Shown: positions 1 through 11,976 of the stretch, in pieces
Position numbering within the stretch: the first letter of the stretch is position 1
Layout: each line of letters starts with the position of its first letter
Source: an uncultured virus (IMG/VR IMGVR_UViG_3300032007_000021)
Taxonomy: Duplodnaviria; Heunggongvirae; Uroviricota; Caudoviricetes
Direction: 5' to 3' (one strand)
Length of the DNA: 63,351 nt
IMG/VR virus record: IMGVR_UViG_3300032007_000021
The notes under the pieces: model-generated
The model's database searches: none
What the model was told of the DNA's origin: nothing
The model's input: the letters and a program-made list of their open reading frames with translations, nothing else
Made by a program: the position numbers and the translations under genes

Positions 1-1
1 C

Positions 2-505
2 TCACAAGAAGATATAAATAATGCTAAAAAAGACCCTGATTTCATAAAAAACAGAACAGAATAGCTGAGAAAAGACTTGGATAAATTAGGCGTAAAATAT
101 ACAGAAATCGTTGGAAATTACGATGGAGAAGAACCTTCTTTTTTAATAAGTCATAATGTTGATTCAAAGATTGCTCAAAAACAAAAAGACAATACTTTAC
201 TTGTTTCTGGCAACAATTATTAGAACAACAATAAAATCATCGAAAAATTGAATCAATTAGGAAAAAAATATAATCAAGATTCGGTCGCACATTCTAAAAA
301 CGGAAAAATGGAATGGCATTATACTACAGGAGAAAAAGCTGGAAAAAGAGTGAGAGGCTTAGGTACTCAAATGTTAAATTCAGCAGATAATTATTATTCA
401 TAGGCAAGAGTTGGAAACAATGATTTTACAATGTGGAGTTGTGATATGTCACCAGCATGGTAGAATCCAAATGCTTTAGAAGATAATCCTTATTTCAAAT
501 AGTGA
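2..505 (+). CDS. 3' part of a hypothetical phage protein (5' end outside window)
   Basis: Open frame from base 2 to TGA 503-505 when 5 in-frame TAG are read through; contains GNYDGEEPSF and LGKKYNQDSV segments. Confidence 0.65.
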
Positions 506-791
506 AATTCTTCGGCATAATTTCTCTTGGAGTGCATTTACTCTTTTTACAATAAACATCTAAATCTGCCCCCTTTAAAATCAATAAACGCGCAACTTCT
601 AAATATCCTTTTTCAAATGCAACAATAAGAGGCAATCTCAAAATAAATGTAGCACCAAAATTATATTCAAGATTTTTATTTAGTATTGTTGTTTCTGTAA
701 TATGTTCTTTCAAATATTCTATATCATTGTTTTCAATTGCTTCATACAACCAAAAACTTGTGTATTCCTTTTCTTTTTTATTCATTTTCAC
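495..791 (-). CDS. ankyrin-repeat protein
   Basis: PLIVAFEKGYLEVARLLILKGADLD is an ankyrin motif. Confidence 0.75.
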   Translation of the reverse strand: MKMNKKEKEYTSFWLYEAIENNDIEYLKEHITETTILNKNLEYNFGATFILRLPLIVAFEKGYLEVARLLILKGADLDVYCKKSKCTPREIMPKNFTI

Positions 792-853
792 CCTTCATTT
801 TTGATTTGATGTTAAAAATTTTTCCAAAATAAAATTAACATCTCAAAATTTTA

Positions 854-1783
854 TCAACATTTTTTATCTTTATAACTTTTTATTAACTACAATACAGACT
901 CCTAAATATTATTCTTTTTCCCCACCTTTTCCAATATTTCAAAAATATCTTTTGATTCTTTCTTGAATTGTTTGAATGATTCTATATATTTCGATTGCAC
1001 AATATCTGTTTCAACCTTTATCACTTGTTCTTGTTTTTCAGGAAAAATATTGTCTCCTTGACTGTGTTTCAACACTTTTTCTTGTAAACTTATCTCTCTT
1101 TTTCCAAAAAACTATTCTATATTTATAATTGCAACTTTCGGCTATCTGTCTTTATCATCTCTACTTACTCTCAATAAAGACCCCGGATTGTAAAAAGAAA
1201 TTCCATATTTATTCTTTTGATAATCATGTCCATAATGCAAATGACCACTTAAAACCAAATCTATATTTTTATTGTTTATCATGTTCAAACTAATATTTCC
1301 AACATCATTATTATCTGACAATTCACTGTGAGTCAAAAATATATTTACTTTCTAACTTTTCTGTATGCTCTATGCTGTTTTATACAAATTCTGGCCGGAA
1401 TGACAAACATAAACATTACAACATTCAGTTTCTAACTTCTCATTTATTATTTGAAATTTATTGCCTAACAACTTGCTTAAAAAACCAATATTAGATTTCT
1501 ATACCGTTTGCCATCTAAATCCCATTTCATCATGATTTCCCATAATATAATAAACAGGAACATTATTTTTATCTAAAATATCATAAATTGGATATATCAA
1601 ATCATAATTCAGCTATCTGTGCCTATCAAAAAAATCTCCTCCAAACAAAATAAAAGCACATTTTTGATATTCAAACCAATTTAACGCTTCTTTCAGTTTA
1701 TTCAAACATGTTTCAAAAGCATTATCTAGTCTATTCTAATTTTTCAAACTAAAATGACTGTCTGTAAAAAAACCTATTTTCAT
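854..1783 (-). CDS. SbcD/Mre11-like metallophosphoesterase nuclease
   Basis: With TAG read-through: FTDSH, GGDFFD, MGNHD, LTH, SGHLH and NPGSLLR motifs; ends TGA. Confidence 0.8.
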
Positions 1784-1809
1784 TCACCTTCTCCTATATA
1801 TAAAAAAAA

Positions 1810-1841
1810 TACCTATATGAAATTTTACTCTCATATAGGTA
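1810..1841. terminator. inverted repeat, probable intrinsic terminator
   Basis: tacctatatga-N10-tcatataggta followed by a T-run on the minus strand. Confidence 0.6.
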
Positions 1842-1872
1842 ACATCTAATTTTATTTAATAAAAATGTTCAA

Positions 1873-2415
1873 TTACCACTTGTCTGGACTGTCTCCTTTT
1901 CCATGTCTTTTGTCTTTATCATATCCACCTTCCCAAGTACCTTTTTCCCAAGTTCCATCATACCAAGTACCTTTTTCCCAAGTACCATTCTTCCAAGTGC
2001 CATTCTTCCAATCGCCATCCATCCAAGTGCCATCCATCCAAATACCTTTCTCCCAAATCCCCCACTCCCAAGTTCCGTTCTTCCAAGTACCGTTCTTCCA
2101 CTTGCCCCATTTCCATGTACCTCTCTCCCAAGTACCATTATGCCAAGTACCATTATGCCAAAAACCTTTCTCCCAAGTACCATCATACCAAACACCATTC
2201 TTCCAAGTACCATTCTTCCAAGTACCATTTTCCCACTCAATCTAACCATTGCTCTTCAATTCAAAAGTTGCATTCTTAACTTCGCTTCTAATTTTTTCGT
2301 AAACAATCTTCCCGGTGAAATTCTTATATTCTCCCGGAACATAAGCTATATTTTTTTCAGAAACTATACTTTTGGCTATCTTCACTAATTCTTTTGCTAC
2401 CTATATTTTTTTCAT
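1873..2415 (-). CDS. W-x-x-G-(T) pentapeptide-repeat protein
   Basis: GGAGG RBS; MKKI*VAKELVKIAK start, then about 20 repeats of WENGT/WKNGT/WYDGT/WEKG; ends TAA. This frame is absent from the ORF track because of TAG. Confidence 0.75.
1925..2236. repeat. 15-bp degenerate tandem repeat (ccaagtaccattctt-like)
   Basis: Directly visible; encodes the pentapeptide repeats. Confidence 0.9.
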
Positions 2416-2462
2416 GTTTTCCTCCTAATTCTTTTTTATATAATAAATTATAAAAAATTATT

Positions 2463-2801
2463 TCAAAATATAATTCTTCTATCTTCAAACGCTTTCTTCT
2501 ACATTTGTTTTTTTCTTCTAAAATAAATCTAAGGAGCCGCTTTCATCCTTTCTATCCTCTATTCTCTCCTTTTCTATCTCTATGACTACTACCTTCTTTG
2601 TTTAGCCTCTTCCATCGTATCTTCTATCTTACTCGTATTATGTTTTATGTCTTCCAATTGTTGTAATTCATTTTGATGTTTTAATGGTTGCATTCCTCTT
2701 AATCCAAGCTCCTATTGTCTATAGGATAACTATTCTCGCAATTTCATCCTGTCTTTTTCAAAAATCTTTTGTTTCGTTTCATCAGTAACAATGTTTGACA
2801 T
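2463..2801 (-). CDS. hypothetical charged protein
   Basis: GGAG RBS, ATG to TGA with several TAG, including a tandem TAG TAG. Confidence 0.6.
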
Positions 2802-2818
2802 AAAAATCTCCCTTTTTA

Positions 2819-4576
2819 TTATGCTCCTTTATAGTCATATTGCGTTCTCAAAGGTGTAACTTGTATATTCTGATTCATTTTAGCTTCATCTCTATCTTTA
2901 TTATTCTTTTTGTCCAAAAGAAAATTCACTTTGTTTTCCACTTGAACAGTAGAAGAAACCAACTCTTTTGCCATATCTGCCGGAGAAACAAACTTATCTT
3001 CTTTGTTTATGCTTCCAGTAACAACAGGCAATCTCTTTAATTCATTCAAAGCTTTTTGTTTCCCAACTTCAAAACCTCTCAATCTATCTGTTGCATTGTC
3101 AGAAAAATCATAATCATCAATATCTTTTTGTAAAATTTCACTTGCCCAATAAACAATAAAATACTTAATCACTCCTGCAATAATTTTTGTGATAATTGTT
3201 CTATACGATCTATTTTCAACTCCCCCAAGACTATCTACAACAATATTGGTCAATCTTTCAGAAACATAAACATTTCTATCCAGTTCCCTCCTCACTTCTC
3301 TCAAAATGTTTCTCAAAGCAAAAACAAAATCATTTTTTATTGACTTAGAAGGGTTTGCATAAAAAGAGTTCGGCATTTTTTTCTTAATCAAATCAAAAAT
3401 AAATTCAACAATCCTATTTTCATTCTTTGAAATCTTTTCAGCAACCATTTTGAACAAATCTATGGCAGTGTTGTCTATCGTATTCTTCAACGTAATTCTA
3501 TCCCCAATACTCTCTTTTTTGGAAGAATTACTCTGGTAATCCTCATCATCCCTTACTTTCTCATCACTATCATCTGATTTTCCATCATCATAACGATAAA
3601 CATCTCGATAAAAATTATATGTTGCATGTTTAGCAACACCATCAATACGCCTCATAAAATTGAAAAACACGTTTTTCAACAACTTGTTCAAATCAATTTT
3701 TGAAACTTCAACAACAATCTCTTTAGCATCAGAATAATCAATATCAATATCCAAAATCACATTCTTAGCAAAGTTAAAAGTATCAACCTTATAACTATTC
3801 ATCTCATTAGCAAATCTTTCAACAATCTACATCTTTGATTCTTTATCCAAATATTCGTGACCAGGTTTGTTTCTCAAATTATAAACAAGAGATTTTCCAA
3901 TAATCTTTGATAACTGTTGAATCGAATCTTTACTTTTCAATTTATCAGAAAAATCTTTTTTCAACTTTACCAAATTATCAAAAGCTAACTTTCTGTCATA
4001 ATCACGATTTATTTTTTCATTGTAAATACTTTTATCAAGTTCCGAAATCTTTTTTACCATTTCAGACAGTAATTTTTTGCTTTCAATTACATAATCATCG
4101 TATTCAATCTCTGAATCAGAATACATCTCAAACAATTCTTCTTTTCTCTTCTTCTCTTCCTGATACATCTTTTCGTTTTTTTCAAGTTCTTCCAATCTTT
4201 TTATTTTCTTATTATCAAGATAATTGTTTTTATCTTCCATTTCATCTTTCATTTTGAGATATTCATAATGCTTTTTCACCTTAATAGGAGCAACCATAAA
4301 TCTTTTATATTCTCTCTCATTCTTTTTCCTTTCAACTTTCAAAAGCTCTAACTTTTCTTTAATTTTGAAAACTTCATTTTCCAACATTTCTTTCTGAGCT
4401 TCCTTCTCCTCAATAATCTAATCTTCTGCTTCATCAAAATCTTTTGAACGACTGTTGATTTTATCCATATAAGCTTCCCAACCATCAGCTATACGATTCA
4501 AAAACCCTTCCGACCAAGAAGAAATATAATCAGTGTAATCTCTCTCTTCCATCGCAGAATCAGCAAACTTTTTCAT
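2819..4576 (-). CDS. large hypothetical coiled-coil protein (~585 aa)
   Basis: Track ORFs 2819-3802 and 3827-4387 plus the upstream segment are in one frame, separated only by TAG. Confidence 0.75.
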
Positions 4577-4685
4577 TTTTCTTTCTTACTCCTATTTGTT
4601 TTTTGAGTTGGTTTCCTATAATTATAACTCATTTTCCGGATTTGTCAATATCATTTATCACAAAAAATAAGAATTTTTTTCTTTT

Positions 4686-5462
4686 TTACACTTTTACCAT
4701 ATCTGGAATCGCATTTTCCAACGGAGCAATCTTTGTTTCCCATCCACATAATCTTCCTTCCTATACACAAAAACACATCATTCCCCAATCTGTAGTCCCA
4801 ACACATCTCCTAGCTCCATACTTTGTTAATGGTGCTTGCAAACATGGTAAGTTTACAGCCATCCAATCACTCTATCCACAATGCGTATAATAATGAACAT
4901 GACTCCTCACATACACGTTTGCTTTCGGTCTTCCATCCTTCTCCGCAAGCAATACATCCCACAACCTGTTTTTTGCCATACTGTTAAATCTACCAGTTGG
5001 TGTGGAAGATGACCCTATATGATGCTTTATGTCAAAAATAACCCCTTCAACATCCAACCTTAATTCATCATATACCTTTCCTCCCATTTTATCTGCAATC
5101 ACTTTCTAAAAATCTTCTCCACCATTGGACGATGTGTGATAAGGTGTCCCATGCGTCAACAATATCTTTTTATATTCGATCTCCTGTAAACATTCACAAG
5201 CTATATCTGTTTGTATCAATAAATCCGTAGTCAACAACTAACTGCCAGAAGATTTAACACCATGTCCCTCAATAGCATCTCCATTCACCACTAAAAGATC
5301 AACTTTCCCTATTTCATACAACATCTGCTTATAATTTTTCCACATCTATCTTTGCAACAAAGCTATTTTTTTGTTTCTTTTCTCCGAAATGAACCAAGAC
5401 GGAGGGGTTAATCCAACTAAAGAACCACAATGTAAATCTCCTATTACTAATACTTTTTTCAT
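4686..5462 (-). CDS. calcineurin-like metallophosphoesterase
   Basis: IGDLHCG, NGDAIEG, GTPYH, KHH and RSHVH motifs across in-frame TAGs. Confidence 0.75.
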
Positions 5463-5480
5463 CTATTACTACTCCTAATA

Positions 5481-5822
5481 TCATCTCTTATTATTTATAA
5501 TTATTTTTTGCCAAATAATATCTGGTATCTTTTCAAATCCATTAGATGTAATCAACCAAGACTCACTTCCCACACATATTACATCTCCCAAGTTTATACT
5601 CCTGTTGAAAGATTTTCTTCTCTTGTCTATCTCTATGTGTTTCAATTTGTGAAACACATCTTGCAAACTTTCAGATTCCATCGGTTTTACATAATTATAA
5701 TTCCAACTTGCTACTCCCAATCCTTCTTCCAACCAGTTAATTTTTTTGCGAAAAGAACATAACATAATAGCCTATAATCTATTCTGTCTATCCACATAAT
5801 ATATCTAAAATTTTTGTTTCAT
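5481..5822 (-). CDS. YodL-like small protein
   Basis: YNYV...LQDVF...RSINLGDVI pattern; ATG at 5822 is in frame through two TAG. Confidence 0.5.
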
Positions 5823-5825
5823 TTT

Positions 5826-6221
5826 TTATATTCCCCAACCTATAACATATAACACCATTTTCTAACCTTCAAACCCGAAATCTATAATCGTTTTCGGATT
5901 AACGTCAAAAACATAATTAAATGTTACTTTTTTCTAAACACTACCATTAATTCTAATTTTTCTCGTAAATTTATGTGTTATACAATTACTTTTCTAATCC
6001 TATATAGAATGTAAAAAATTTAATATCTATTCTTTCTGCAAAATCATCTCTTCTTTATCGCTTATCTTAAATGACAAAGGTTGAACAAACTAAAATTTAC
6101 CAACAAATTTATAAATTGTTCTGTTGTGTTTGTTCTTGCTTTTCTTAAGCAATTTAACACCAACTAAATTCAACTTGTGAAAAGCCTATTCAAATATATC
6201 TAAAAAACGCTACTACATCAT
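5826..6221 (-). CDS. hypothetical protein
   Basis: Continuous frame MM**RFLDIFE... to TAA with TAG read-through. Confidence 0.55.
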
Positions 6222-6276
6222 TCAACCTTTTTTATTTAATAATCATTTATAAATAAATCTTTCTATAAAATAGAAA

Positions 6277-6300
6277 GAGAGAAGTCAAAACTTCTCTCTC
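6277..6300. terminator. hairpin terminator after dnaN
   Basis: gagagaagt-caaa-acttctctc. Confidence 0.6.
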
Positions 6301-6314
6301 ATAAATAAATATCT

Positions 6315-7373
6315 TTATGATTTTCTCAATGGCATAATCACACCACAACTACCTTTTTTATCACTATATTCAACAGGTTGCCCTTCTCCCTTATATTTTA
6401 TATAAATCTATTCTTCACTCATGTTTTTAAATATATCAGAAAATAATTCTCTGTTTACATTAAATCCAAAATCATCTCCAACAATTTTTTCCCCAACAAT
6501 AACATCCTTTACATTATTTTTTGCATTGTTACAAATCAATTCTATTTTTCCTTCTTTACATTGAATATTCGTTTCAGTACCTTCTATAATACTCAAAAGA
6601 TTAAAAGATTCCAAAATATCATTTCTCTTTACTTTATATTGACAATAATCTTCCTCTGTAAAAAACTTTGAAGTATCAGGGAAAGAACCATCCAACAAAG
6701 GCATGTAATATTTATAATCTTCCAAATCAAAACAAATTACATTATCACAAAATCTGATCTAAACATCTTCTTTATCAAAATTATCAATCGCTTCTATAAT
6801 CTTCGGAGACAAAACACCCTTAAAAACAAAATCTTTGTTCTAAATATCAATCACACTCTTAGCCATTCTCTTGCTGTCAGTTGACAATATCTGCAATTTA
6901 CCATCACTAATATTCAACTAAGCCCCTGTAATAAATTTTCTCGTATCTTTTTCATTCCTCGCAAAAGCTCCATTCTTTAAAACTTTTTGCAACTAATCAA
7001 CACTCAACTTGATTCCAACTTCTTCAAATTTTTTGTCTTCAAACAATTCAACATCTGTATCATTTACAGCATTTTCAAAAACCGTATTGTCATCACTGAC
7101 AACCAATTTGTTTTCTTCCTTATTTATTTCTAATGTTTTTCCCCTCAACTTACAACAATTCAACAAAAATTTATATTCAACCAAAAAATGCCAATCCTTT
7201 TCCTATCCTTCTTTTTTCATACTTAAACAAATACCATTTATCCCATCCGTAGCCCGATAAATAATATTATCTTCCATCGTCTTAAAAGAAATTTTAGCTT
7301 CTTTGTTGCTCTTATCTATACATACTCCAAGTTTGTTCAAAACTCTCTTCAATTCACTCTTTTCAATTTTCAT
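6315..7373 (-). CDS. dnaN: DNA polymerase III beta-type sliding clamp
   Basis: ATDG, STDSKRMA, LLDGSFPD, FGFN and C-terminal VIMPLR; ~352 aa once TAGs are read through. Confidence 0.85.
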
Positions 7374-7942
7374 CCTTTTGTTTCTCCTTTTTCTTTATAT
7401 GGTTGTATTATTTGTCTCTATTTAACAATCTTCTTTAATACCTATATCTTCTATTTACTTAACTTTTCTATCTATCCGTTTTTATAGTCTAAATATGCCT
7501 TTCCTAAAAAAGCCATCGCACAAGCATCTGCGATATTATTACTGTCTATATCATAACCATGATTTTTATATACACTCTTTAACATATTATCTTTATGCGC
7601 TGTTCCACTACCAGTTTCAAATTTCTTGATTTGAGTAGGCATAACAGCTAAATATCCAATCCCATTTTCCAATAATTTATATCTTACCATCGTACCCAAA
7701 GCTGATAATTGTATCACCGTTTGACTATTCTTTCCAACAAAATAATCTTCCATAATTACTAAATCAACACCATCATGATTCTTAATATTCTATATAATTG
7801 CATCAGCTATATATTCAACTCGCTCTATCAAATTCGGAAATTTCTTTGGATTAGTATTGATCTACAATCCTTCTGTTCTTTCACCATCTAATATAAATAT
7901 CCCTGTTCCTGTCAAAGATAAATCCAAACCAGTAATTTTCAT
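7370..7942 (-). CDS. ruvC: RuvC-like Holliday junction resolvase
   Basis: GLDLSLTGTG, VIMED, PTQIKKFETGSGTAHK and NIADA motifs; ATGA overlap with dnaN. Confidence 0.8.
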
Positions 7943-8184
7943 CCCATTTTTTCCTTTATCTATTCTATTTTTTTCTTCAATAACTATGTCTTTTTTTCTA
8001 TATCTAACTATATCTTTTTCATTTCCTATTCAAAAAACTATATCTATATGCCATATTCTTCCTTTATCTTTTGCTTTAATTGTTCTACCTATCTCTATAA
8101 TCTCTATTTCTACCTCTCGTCACTCATCTTCCTTATCTTCAACTAATCCACCTGTTTCTTCAATATCTCAAACTATTCTTTCAT
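7939..8184 (-). CDS. small coiled-coil protein with about 12 TAG codons
   Basis: With TAG=E reads MKEEFEILKKQVDELKIRKMSDEREKERLEREVEQLK...; ATGA overlaps at both ends. Confidence 0.7.
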
Positions 8185-8615
8185 TTTTCTATTTCCTTCT
8201 TTTCATTATTATCTTTCAACAATCCTTCAAATAATATCTTCTGTACTTTACTCGGTAAAACTTCCATTGCACCAACATTTCCAAAATCACAATGAAAATT
8301 TTTACCTTTTTCACTTAAACATACCTTACATCCCATATCCTATATCTTCAACTACTTTCCACTTAATTTTATCCTTCCCTTACATCCTATATTCAAATTC
8401 TTACACACATATACCTTTATCCCGGAATATCCTCCACTAACACCTTCACCTATCACTTGATAACTATATATGTTTTTAACAAATATAACTCTCTCATCTG
8501 TCTATCCATCAACCAACACCCTTATCAGTTCATCATTAGCACCAACTACCAATCCTGTTATACTTTTACCTGTAATCGAATCTATATATATCTTCTTCCC
8601 TTGTAAATGCTTCAT
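8181..8615 (-). CDS. hypothetical Cys-containing protein
   Basis: ATG to TGA frame with ATGA coupling to both neighbours. Confidence 0.65.
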
Positions 8616-9721
8616 TTTATATCTTCCTATTCAAATTTTTTACCACATAAAGGACAATATCCCAATTCTTTTTTCATTTCTTTCAACATTACCTATTTCT
8701 ATCTTAAATCAACTTCTAAAGATATTTGTCGAATTTTCAACCTGTTTAACAATATTTGCTTGTTGTCAAATTCTTTCTTAATTACATTTAATTCCTAAAC
8801 CAAATTAACACTTTTCTTTATACATTCAAATAATTCATCCAATTCTTCTATTGATACTTCCGATAAATAACTACATTTTTTGATAAATCCTTTTTTATCT
8901 CGTATCTAAATATATTTTTTGTATAATTCATAATCTCTTTCATAGTTTTTCCATAAACCATATAAATCAATATTTAATAAATTTCTTTTCAATATTTCCA
9001 ATTTATTATATAACTACTTGTATTTACGATAATCTTCACAACCTTTATCAAATAATTCCCGTTCCTGTTTAAGTACATTATAAGATTCCTTACATCTCTA
9101 TATGTTTTCTTTGTAATATCTAAATATCTACTCCGGCAATAATTCACTCTTCAATTCACTAATCTAGGAACTTAAGTCATTATATTTCCTCTTCTATTTA
9201 CTCATATCAACAGAAATCTCTTTTATTAAATCTTCCATCCCTCCCAACCCTATCGCATTATCCATCATCCTTGCCACTAAATTACCAGTCGCTTTCTTTC
9301 CATCTATCTATGATAACATATAATGTTTCTATAATTGAAACATGAAATTAGGTAATTCCTTGATCTATCCCCTTATCCTCTATCCCATTCCCAATATCTA
9401 TGGAACTTCATCAGGTACTCCATTACCTATACTCTTATATTCTTTTTCCTATTTCCCATCAAATACTTTCCATTCATTTATTCCCTATCCCCTCTTGCAT
9501 TCAACCCATCCTTTCTATGTCTATACCTTTACATAACAATAAATACATCCCGTCCTTACTTGCTCTTTATCCCATCTATTTGCTACACAACACGCTATCC
9601 CCCTGATAATACTACTCTTACCACTATTACTGTTCCCTATAATCAAATTCAATCCTTCTCCAAATTGTATGTCACTGTCTTCATGACTCTAAAAATTCTT
9701 CAATATCACTCGCTTTATCAT
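8612..9721 (-). CDS. SbcC/Rad50 N-terminal half (Walker A, coiled coil, zinc hook)
   Basis: LKNF*SH, GNSNSGKSSIIRG, Q-loop FQL, and CPLCG hook at the C-terminus. Confidence 0.8.
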
Positions 9722-10341
9722 TTCAACCTCTAAACCTCCGACACACTTCCTTTTATCCCTACATAATTCACCACATCCGCATATTCCTACATACATTGAT
9801 GATGACTGCTCATAATAATCTGTACACCTAATCGTTTGCTGATCTCTCTTAAAAATTTAGCAAATTTTGGTACTCTGTCAACATCCAAATGCTTGCCAGG
9901 TTCATCTATTATCAATACCTTGTCAAAACTTATATCATTCAATAATACCACCAATTTCAACGGTAAACTGATACTGTCTCCTACACCTCCTCCTATACCT
10001 TCCAATCCCCTCCTCACCACTAATCCGTCACTGCATTTCCTCACTAAATTAATCTATACACTTGTCTTATTGTTCTTTATCCCATATAAAAACTATATCC
10101 CATAACTCTCATCATACACTTCCCTTAAACATGATGTAATCAATTTCTATATCTATCCCTTCGTTTCTTCCCTCTAAGATACCGCCACTTCCTATATGTA
10201 TTCCAATGCCCTTACTTTCGTTTCTATATTATTTAATAATTTCTACCTTTCTTCTGTCTTTTTCCTAATCTCTTTCTATAAAAACTATCTCTATCTATTA
10301 ATCTAAAAAAACCTGTTCTATATATATGCCAATTCCTACAT
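9718..10341 (-). CDS. SbcC/Rad50 C-terminal half (signature, Walker B, H-loop)
   Basis: GGGVGDSIS, LIIDEPGKHLD, QIIMSSH; upstream coiled coil is reached through TAGs. Confidence 0.8.
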
Positions 10342-10342
10342 C

Positions 10343-10723
10343 TTATTCCTATTCCTTTATCTCATTTATCTTTTTCTTAATAAACATATTTACCAATATC
10401 CTCGCATTCTCATTTATACTTCCATCAGGATATATCATCTTCAAATTCTTTAACTGTTTCAATCTCGGTATCGCTTCCTGTACCGTAACTCCTAATGTTA
10501 TCGCATACTATTTCAAATTTATTTCACATAACTACCATAATTCATTTAATCCTATGTCTTCTCTTACCTATGCCTATTTGTCAAATCTTAATTCCAAATT
10601 CTTCCATGCCACTAAACTCTATAATACTCTTGTGTCTCTCGGATTCAATAAAAATATCATCTTCTATGTGCCACTCTTCTTGTCCTCATCCTTTATCTAC
10701 TATAACCTATATTGCGCTTTCAT
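10343..10723 (-). CDS. hypothetical protein
   Basis: Continuous frame with TAG read-through; contains IYPDGSIN; ends TAA. Confidence 0.6.
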
Positions 10724-11268
10724 ATCTATCTTTCCTGTTTTATTTCATTTTTTATTTCTATCAATTCTCCATCTATCAATTCACCTCTCCATCCACACCC
10801 TTCACAATAATAGCGGGAAAAACCTACACTCTTCGATGAATCAGGGTCTTTCGACCATCCCTATGCTTCTTCATCTATCTCATTAATTAATTCCTATGCC
10901 TATTCTTTCGTATATCCATAATACTTCAATTCTCCTACCTATATCTACATCAATAAATCTTTTAACCCTTCTATATCCCATTCACTTGTCTAAAAACTCC
11001 TGTTGTCTATATATCTTATCCGCTTCTTCGTCTATTCACTTACCTAACCAATATCATATATATAACACTATTTCCATTTCAATCTCTTCATGCTTTCATA
11101 TAATAATACACCGCATAATATCTATCCCTAACTAACTACTATCGGTTGATATTGCCCATGTCTCTTCAAACTCTCACAACATAACTATATCTGATGCTTA
11201 CTGTGCTTCCTCACCAAATATTCATTCTTCTTCAAATCTTTCAATCTCTTCTTCTATATCTTCATCAT
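10720..11268 (-). CDS. ParB/Srx N-terminal domain protein (paralogue 1)
   Basis: H..HQI..SLKRHGQYQPIVV...ILCG...IDNR..*TSEWD, with C-terminal CEGCG. Confidence 0.7.
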
Positions 11269-11731
11269 CCAATATCACCATCTCTTTCTTTAATTCCTTA
11301 CCACAACAAGGACATATATATTTTTCTACTTTTTTCACTCTTTCTTTCCTTTCTTTCTTCTTCTTCTTTTTATTTAATATTTTCTATATGTCTTCATCTA
11401 TCCCCCACCATCCTTCTTCTCCTTGCAACCATTCATATAATCTTTCATCTTTCCAAAAACTTAATTCATTCAATCTGTTGTCTATTATAGATAACCCAGC
11501 ATTATTCTATACCTATATACAGTCACATTCCTTCCATCCCAATATCTTCATAGCTTCCAACCTGCCATTCCCACATAATACCTTATTACTTCCTTTCTAT
11601 ATAATCAATGGCTTCCATTGCCCATATTCTTTCAAACTGTTTACTATCATCATTATGTTCTATTCATTATGTAATCTTATATTCTATTCATCTATCACCA
11701 ATTCTTCCAATTTCTTCTTCTTTATCTACAT
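11222..11731 (-). CDS. ParB/Srx N-terminal domain protein (paralogue 2)
   Basis: NIRLHN...SLKEYGQWKPLII...VLCGNGRLEAM...DNRLNELSFW, with C-terminal CPCCG. Confidence 0.75.
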
Positions 11732-11913
11732 ATTTTCTATATCTTTCTTTATATATATTTATTCTAGTAATTTCTCTCCTGCTCATCGCTTGCAATATAT
11801 TTTACTCCGGTTTTTTGAATTTTATTCCTGTTTTTTGTGGTTTTTTAAAAAATTTTTTCATTTTTTTTGATATGCTTAAAAAAATCAATTTTAAGGCATC
11901 TATATCAAAAAAA

Positions 11914-11947
11914 GCCTTTACTTATATAAATTTATATAGGTAAAGGC
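11914..11947. promoter_or_regulatory. 34-bp near-perfect palindrome (terminator or binding site)
   Basis: gcctttacttatataa-at-ttatataggtaaaggc. Confidence 0.5.
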
Positions 11948-11976
11948 ATAAATGCTGTTAAAATCTCTTAAAACGC

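Noticed and set aside
1925..2236. CRISPR array
   Set aside because: This is a 15-bp coding tandem repeat without unique spacers; no array was seen anywhere in the window.
1869..2249. Track ORF with MVLGR repeats
   Set aside because: Wrong frame. The RBS-linked frame 1873-2415 gives the WxxGT repeats.
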